A DNA stretch of 32,511 bases, from NCBI GenBank assembly GCA_002403855.1, contig DHIO01000031.1:32090-64600 (forward strand), in the 5' to 3' direction. Both the position numbers and the translations under genes were made by a program. Within the stretch, counting starts at the first letter, position 1, and each line of letters begins with the position of its first letter. Below the pieces are notes generated by a model that saw nothing but the letters and a program-made list of their open reading frames with translations, did not search any database and was not told the origin of the DNA. Shown here piece by piece: positions 28,369 to 32,511 of the stretch. This stretch comes from Acidimicrobiia bacterium UBA4744 (GTDB lineage: Bacteria > Actinomycetota > Acidimicrobiia > Spongiisociales > UBA4744).

Positions 28369-30261
28369 GTGAGCACCAACCAGGGCAACGAGCAACAGAA
28401 GAACCACCTGAAAGAAAAGCAGCGGAAAAGGCGTACCTGGGTCACCCTCCTCTTCATCATCATCGGCTTCCTGGTGTACGCGTACGGCGTCGACACGACG
28501 GCCGTCACGCTCGAGAAGATCGAGGACGAGCAGCGACAGACCAACCTGTTTCGGATCCTTCGGGCTCTCGCTCACCCGGACATCCTCGAGCGGGACACCG
28601 AAGAGGTAAGTGTCGAAGCTGAGATCTTCGTGCCGTGCGGAGACACACAGCCGGCTGCACCGGACACTTCCGGCCCCTACCTGGTTCTCGACCCGCCCTG
28701 TGCCGACCCGGAAACCGACATCCAGATCAGCGGGTTCGGGTTCGCCCCCGGTACCTCCGGTCCGCTCTTTTTCATACCACCCTCCGAGGTGACCCTCGGA
28801 CTCGGCGATTTCGTCGTCGATGACGACGGGACATTCACGGTAACCGTCACTTTGAAGGACCGCCCCAGCGATGAAGTGCAGCACATTCGCGCCACGGCCC
28901 GCCAGGAGGTCGGCGCCCTTCACTTCACGGAGACGGCCAAGAAGACACTCGACTTCGCCCTTGAAACAGTGTTCATGGCGTTGCTCGCCACGACCATCGG
29001 TACGATCTTGGCCGTCCCCCTCAGCTTCCTGGCCTCCCGCAACTTGATGCGACCGATCAAGTCGCCGATGGTGAGTATCGCTCTGGCGGTTATCGGTCTT
29101 CCAATCGGTCTTTTCGTCGGCGCGATGGCCGCCCAGTTGGCACGAAGCGGCATCGAGTTCCTGACCGGGAACATCCTCCTGGACCTACTGGGAATTGCGG
29201 TACTCGTCGCCATCTTGTGGTTCATACTCAAGACCCTGTTTCCCGAGGTCGAACCGGAAGAACCACCCGGCCCTTCAGAGCGGATTCTCCATGTGTTTCT
29301 GGGCGTCGTTGCGGCGCTGGCTGCTGTTGGTGCCCTCTTCTTGCTGGCCGACCTGCTCATAGGCATCGGGGAAGGCCTCGGCAACACCGATACCTGGTTC
29401 AAGGCCGAGGACGTCGAGGGCGACGTTCCCGCGGGCCCGCTGCACTTCATTGCCCTGTTCATCTTCACTCTCGGCGACATACTCCGGGTCGCCATCCCCA
29501 TCGGCGCTTCTCTGATTGCGGCTGGAGCGTTCGCCCAGCTCGGATCCGTGCTGGGTCGCTTCGTTGTGGCCCGAGTGCCCACCGTCGTCGACAAAGCATT
29601 GCGGTATATCACGGCGGCACTGGCCGGAGCGGTTGTCGCAGCCGGTCTGGGGATGGCAGTCGAGTGGCTCTACCAGCTGGATGATCTGATGCGAACGCTG
29701 TGGATTCCGATGGCGGTCGGTGCTCTGTTGGGTATGCTGCTTGCCTTCTTGACTCGGAAGGCCGATCAGGTCGCAACCGGCCTGACCATCTACTACCTGT
29801 CCCGTACCCTGTTCAATACACTTCGGTCGATCGAACCCCTGGTCATGGCGATCATCTTCGTGGTGTGGGTGGGGATCGGCCCGTTCGCCGGCGCGCTCGC
29901 GTTGGCACTGCATACCACCGCCGCCTTGGCCAAGCTGTATTCGGAGCAGGTCGAGAGCATTTCACTGGGTCCGATCGAGGCAGTCCAGGCGACCGGTGCC
30001 AACCGGCTTCAGACAATCATGTATGCGGTAGTGCCGCAGATCGTCCCGCCCTACATCTCGTTCACCCTGTACCGGTGGGACATCAACGTTCGGATGTCCA
30101 CAATCATCGGTTTCGTCGGCGGCGGTGGCTTGGGTTTGCTGCTCCAGCAGAACGTCAACCTGCTCAACTACCGGGCCGCGGCAGTCCAGATGTTTGCCAT
30201 CGCCATCATCGTGGCGACGATGGACTATGTCAGCGCTCGTCTCCGCGAGCGGTTGGTCTAG
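28369..30261 (+). CDS. phnE: PhnE-type ABC permease with large insertions
   Basis: ETVFMALLAT...LSFLASRNL and C-terminal LAKLYSEQVE, GPIEAVQATGA, RWDINVR, GFVGGGGLG; about 630 aa. Confidence 0.88.
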   Translation: MSTNQGNEQQKNHLKEKQRKRRTWVTLLFIIIGFLVYAYGVDTTAVTLEKIEDEQRQTNLFRILRALAHPDILERDTEEVSVEAEIFVPCGDTQPAAPDTSGPYLVLDPPCADPETDIQISGFGFAPGTSGPLFFIPPSEVTLGLGDFVVDDDGTFTVTVTLKDRPSDEVQHIRATARQEVGALHFTETAKKTLDFALETVFMALLATTIGTILAVPLSFLASRNLMRPIKSPMVSIALAVIGLPIGLFVGAMAAQLARSGIEFLTGNILLDLLGIAVLVAILWFILKTLFPEVEPEEPPGPSERILHVFLGVVAALAAVGALFLLADLLIGIGEGLGNTDTWFKAEDVEGDVPAGPLHFIALFIFTLGDILRVAIPIGASLIAAGAFAQLGSVLGRFVVARVPTVVDKALRYITAALAGAVVAAGLGMAVEWLYQLDDLMRTLWIPMAVGALLGMLLAFLTRKADQVATGLTIYYLSRTLFNTLRSIEPLVMAIIFVVWVGIGPFAGALALALHTTAALAKLYSEQVESISLGPIEAVQATGANRLQTIMYAVVPQIVPPYISFTLYRWDINVRMSTIIGFVGGGGLGLLLQQNVNLLNYRAAAVQMFAIAIIVATMDYVSARLRERLV

Positions 30262-30268
30262 CTGAGGA

Positions 30269-30285
30269 AGGCGGCGAAGCCGCCT
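30269..30285 (+). terminator. Hairpin after phnE
   Basis: AGGCGGC-gaa-GCCGCCT 7 nt after the stop, followed by (GCTCGY)x3. Confidence 0.5.
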
Positions 30286-30329
30286 ACGCTCGCGCTCGTG
30301 CTCGTAGCTTGGAGACCTAGTCTTGCCAC

Positions 30330-31334
30330 ATGACCACCATGACCCGGCGGACCCGCGAGGTCCGTGAAAGAGAAGAGGCCGATCTACTGGCTCCGGCCGC
30401 CACCCTATCGACCGCGACCCGGGGCCGCGAGCACGAGGAAACCCTCGACCCGTACCGGACCGCCTTCGAGCGGGACCGCGATCGCATCCTCCACTCGAAA
30501 GCCTTCCGGCGTCTCAAGCACAAGACCCAGGTGTTCATCAACCCCGACGGTGACCACTTCGTCACACGCCTCACCCATACCCTTCAGGTCACCCAGATCG
30601 GACGGGCGCTGGCCGCGTCGTTGGGGCTGAATGAAGCTTTGACCGAAGCGATCTGCCTGGGACATGACGTCGGCCACTCGCCCTTCGGCCACACCGGCGA
30701 GGAGGCCCTCACCCCCTATGTCGAGGAGGGCGAGTGGTTGCACTCTGCGCAGAGCGTGCGCGTGCTCCGTATCCTCGAGCCCCTCAACCTGACCTGGGAG
30801 GTGCTCGACGGCATCCGGGCTCACTCCTGGAAGATCGACCCGCCGCCCCACACGCCCGAGGGTCACCTGTGCCGGTACGCCGACCGGATCGCCTACCTCA
30901 CCCACGACGTTGAAGACGCACTACGGGCCGGGGTGCTGTCCCACGGCGACATCCCCCGGGGTGCCCTGGCCACATTCGGCGAGCCGGGCAGCGAGTGGAT
31001 CTCAACCATGATCGACTCGGTGATCGACGAGTCGTTGGAACTGGGCAGGGTGGCGATGCGACCGCCAGTCCAGGAGGAGATGAACGACTTCCGGGATTTC
31101 ATGTTCGAGCGGGTTTACCTGCGGGACGAGGCTCAACCCCAGCAGCACCGGGCTATCGCGGTGATCCGAGATCTGGTGGACTACTTCGTCCAGTACCCGG
31201 ACGACATCCGGGATACCTACCGGCATGAGGATGCCACTCTGGTCGAACAAGCTATCGATTACGTGTCGGGGATGACCGACCGGTACGCCCTACGGATGCA
31301 CGACCGCCTGTTCCGGCCGGAAGGCATTGTCTGA
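30330..31334 (+). CDS. dgt: Deoxyguanosinetriphosphate triphosphohydrolase-like HD protein
   Basis: RDRDRILHSKAFRRLKHKTQVF, TRLTH, GHDVGHSPFGHTGE, ADRIAY..HD, DYVSGMTD. Confidence 0.92.
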   Translation: MTTMTRRTREVREREEADLLAPAATLSTATRGREHEETLDPYRTAFERDRDRILHSKAFRRLKHKTQVFINPDGDHFVTRLTHTLQVTQIGRALAASLGLNEALTEAICLGHDVGHSPFGHTGEEALTPYVEEGEWLHSAQSVRVLRILEPLNLTWEVLDGIRAHSWKIDPPPHTPEGHLCRYADRIAYLTHDVEDALRAGVLSHGDIPRGALATFGEPGSEWISTMIDSVIDESLELGRVAMRPPVQEEMNDFRDFMFERVYLRDEAQPQQHRAIAVIRDLVDYFVQYPDDIRDTYRHEDATLVEQAIDYVSGMTDRYALRMHDRLFRPEGIV

Positions 31335-31382
31335 GTTCTTTGTTGCTCGTCACTAGCTAGCCTCGAAAGCGGAGGTGACACG

Positions 31383-32006
31383 ATGAACCTATCCAGCAGC
31401 AGCTTCTCGGACGGGCAGCCCATCCCCGGCGATTGCGCCTTCTGTCTCCCGGACCCGGACGGCCACGCCAAGTTCGCGCCGAACCGCAGCCCGGCACTGA
31501 AGTGGGAAGGCGTTCCGGACGGCACTCGCACCTTCGTGCTGATCTGCCACGACAAGGACGTTCCCACCAAGCCCGACGACGTCAACCAGGAGGACAGAGA
31601 GGTTCCCGCCGACCTACCACGTACCGATTTCTTCCATTGGGTGCTGGTGGACCTCCCGGCCCACGTGAGCTATCTCACCGATGGTGAGTTCTCCTACGAG
31701 GTGACCGAGCGCGGGAAGCCCCAATCGGGCCCGTACGGAGCCCGGCCCGGAGTCAACAACTACACCGACTGGTTCTCCGGAGATCCCGACATGGAGGGCA
31801 CCTACTACGGCTACGACGGACCCTGCCCGCCCTGGAACGATTCCCTGGTTCACCACTACATATTCACGATCTACGCCACGGATCTGGAGCGATGCCCGGT
31901 CGACGGTGAGTTCGGCGGCCCCGACGTGCTGGCGGCCATCGACGGGCACGTGCTGGCCGAGGCCTCGATCACCGGTACCTACACACTGAATCCCAGATTG
32001 ATGTAG
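31383..32006 (+). CDS. YbhB/YbcL (PEBP, Raf kinase inhibitor-like) protein
   Basis: NRSPALKW, HDKDVP, FFHWVLVD, YDGPCPP, HHYIFTIYA; GGAGGTGA SD. Confidence 0.92.
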   Translation: MNLSSSSFSDGQPIPGDCAFCLPDPDGHAKFAPNRSPALKWEGVPDGTRTFVLICHDKDVPTKPDDVNQEDREVPADLPRTDFFHWVLVDLPAHVSYLTDGEFSYEVTERGKPQSGPYGARPGVNNYTDWFSGDPDMEGTYYGYDGPCPPWNDSLVHHYIFTIYATDLERCPVDGEFGGPDVLAAIDGHVLAEASITGTYTLNPRLM

Positions 32007-32026
32007 ACGAGCAAAGCTGGTCGTGG

Positions 32027-32097
32027 CAAGTTCCAGGTTTCAGGTATCAGGTTGTAGAACGAACCTCGAACCCGGCACCTGGCACCTGGAACTTGGG
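32027..32097. repeat. Two heptamer tracts in inverted orientation forming a long imperfect hairpin
   Basis: caagttc caggttt caggtat caggttg ... acctcga acccggc acctggc acctgga acttggg; 32027-32038 is the exact reverse complement of 32084-32095. Confidence 0.8.
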
Positions 32098-32115
32098 GGC
32101 GCTCTGGGCGGCTCG

Positions 32116-32511
32116 TTATCCCAGAACCTCGTCGATGCGGACCAGAACGTCCTCCGGAAGATCCACCCCCGCCGCTCCGAGGCTCTCCTCGATCTGCGAC
32201 GGCCTGGTCGCCCCGGTAATCGCACAGCTCATCTGGGAATGCCGCAACACCCAGGCCAGTGCCAGCTGGACTCGCGTCAGCCCCACCCCGTCGGCCACTT
32301 CCTTCAACGCCCGGACCTTGGCCCGGTTGACCTCGTTGAAGAAGAAGTCGCGTTGCTCTTCGTCTTCTGCGAAGCGGGACCCTGCCGGCAATCCGTCGTC
32401 GTACTTGCCGGTCAGCATCCCCATGGCGAGCGGGCTCCATACGACGACGCCCATGCCGAACCGCTCTGCCTCCCGGAGAATCCGCTTCTCGAACCGCCGG
32501 CGGTAGAGCAT
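32116..32511 (-). CDS. Aldo/keto reductase, C-terminal part (5' truncated by window edge)
   Basis: WSPLAMGMLTGKY, QLALAWVL, AITGAT...QIEESL. Confidence 0.9.
   Translation of the reverse strand: MLYRRRFEKRILREAERFGMGVVVWSPLAMGMLTGKYDDGLPAGSRFAEDEEQRDFFFNEVNRAKVRALKEVADGVGLTRVQLALAWVLRHSQMSCAITGATRPSQIEESLGAAGVDLPEDVLVRIDEVLG

Noticed and set aside
30330-31334. dGTPase, MazG and NT5C as an antiphage nucleotide-depletion system
   Set aside because: They look like housekeeping family members, are scattered among core genes, and have no defence-island context.

Overview
GC-rich bacterial chromosome segment, probably actinobacterial and Acidimicrobiia-like (inferred from gene content, many leaderless TANNNT-start configurations and Thr-rich lipoprotein linkers). 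The left edge holds the C-terminal part of a tyrosine integrase converging on the 3' end of tRNA-Pro(CGG), consistent with an integrated-element boundary. Most of the rest is housekeeping: MazG-like protein, CAP protein, ask-asd, cyclophilin, PHP protein, murJ, mce, thiolase, glpX, HAD, HU, dnaX-ybaB-recR, an ABC-2 exporter, dGTPase, YbhB and an aldo/keto reductase. Three modules stand out. (1) A four-gene lipid cluster behind recR: acyltransferase, CDP-alcohol phosphotransferase, a GNAT resembling bacterial ceramide synthase, and a DUF3524/GTDC1-like GT4; this is the best candidate for an undescribed pathway. (2) A membrane protein / stand-alone receiver / 33-aa small ORF / HEAT / processive GT2 polysaccharide-type operon. 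(3) A PhnDCE-type transporter with a much enlarged permease, lying between a 5'(3')-deoxynucleotidase and a dGTPase. Non-coding features include a tandem pair of 54-bp palindromic repeats and degenerate heptamer tracts in several intergenic regions. All family calls come from reading motifs by eye; no searches were run.
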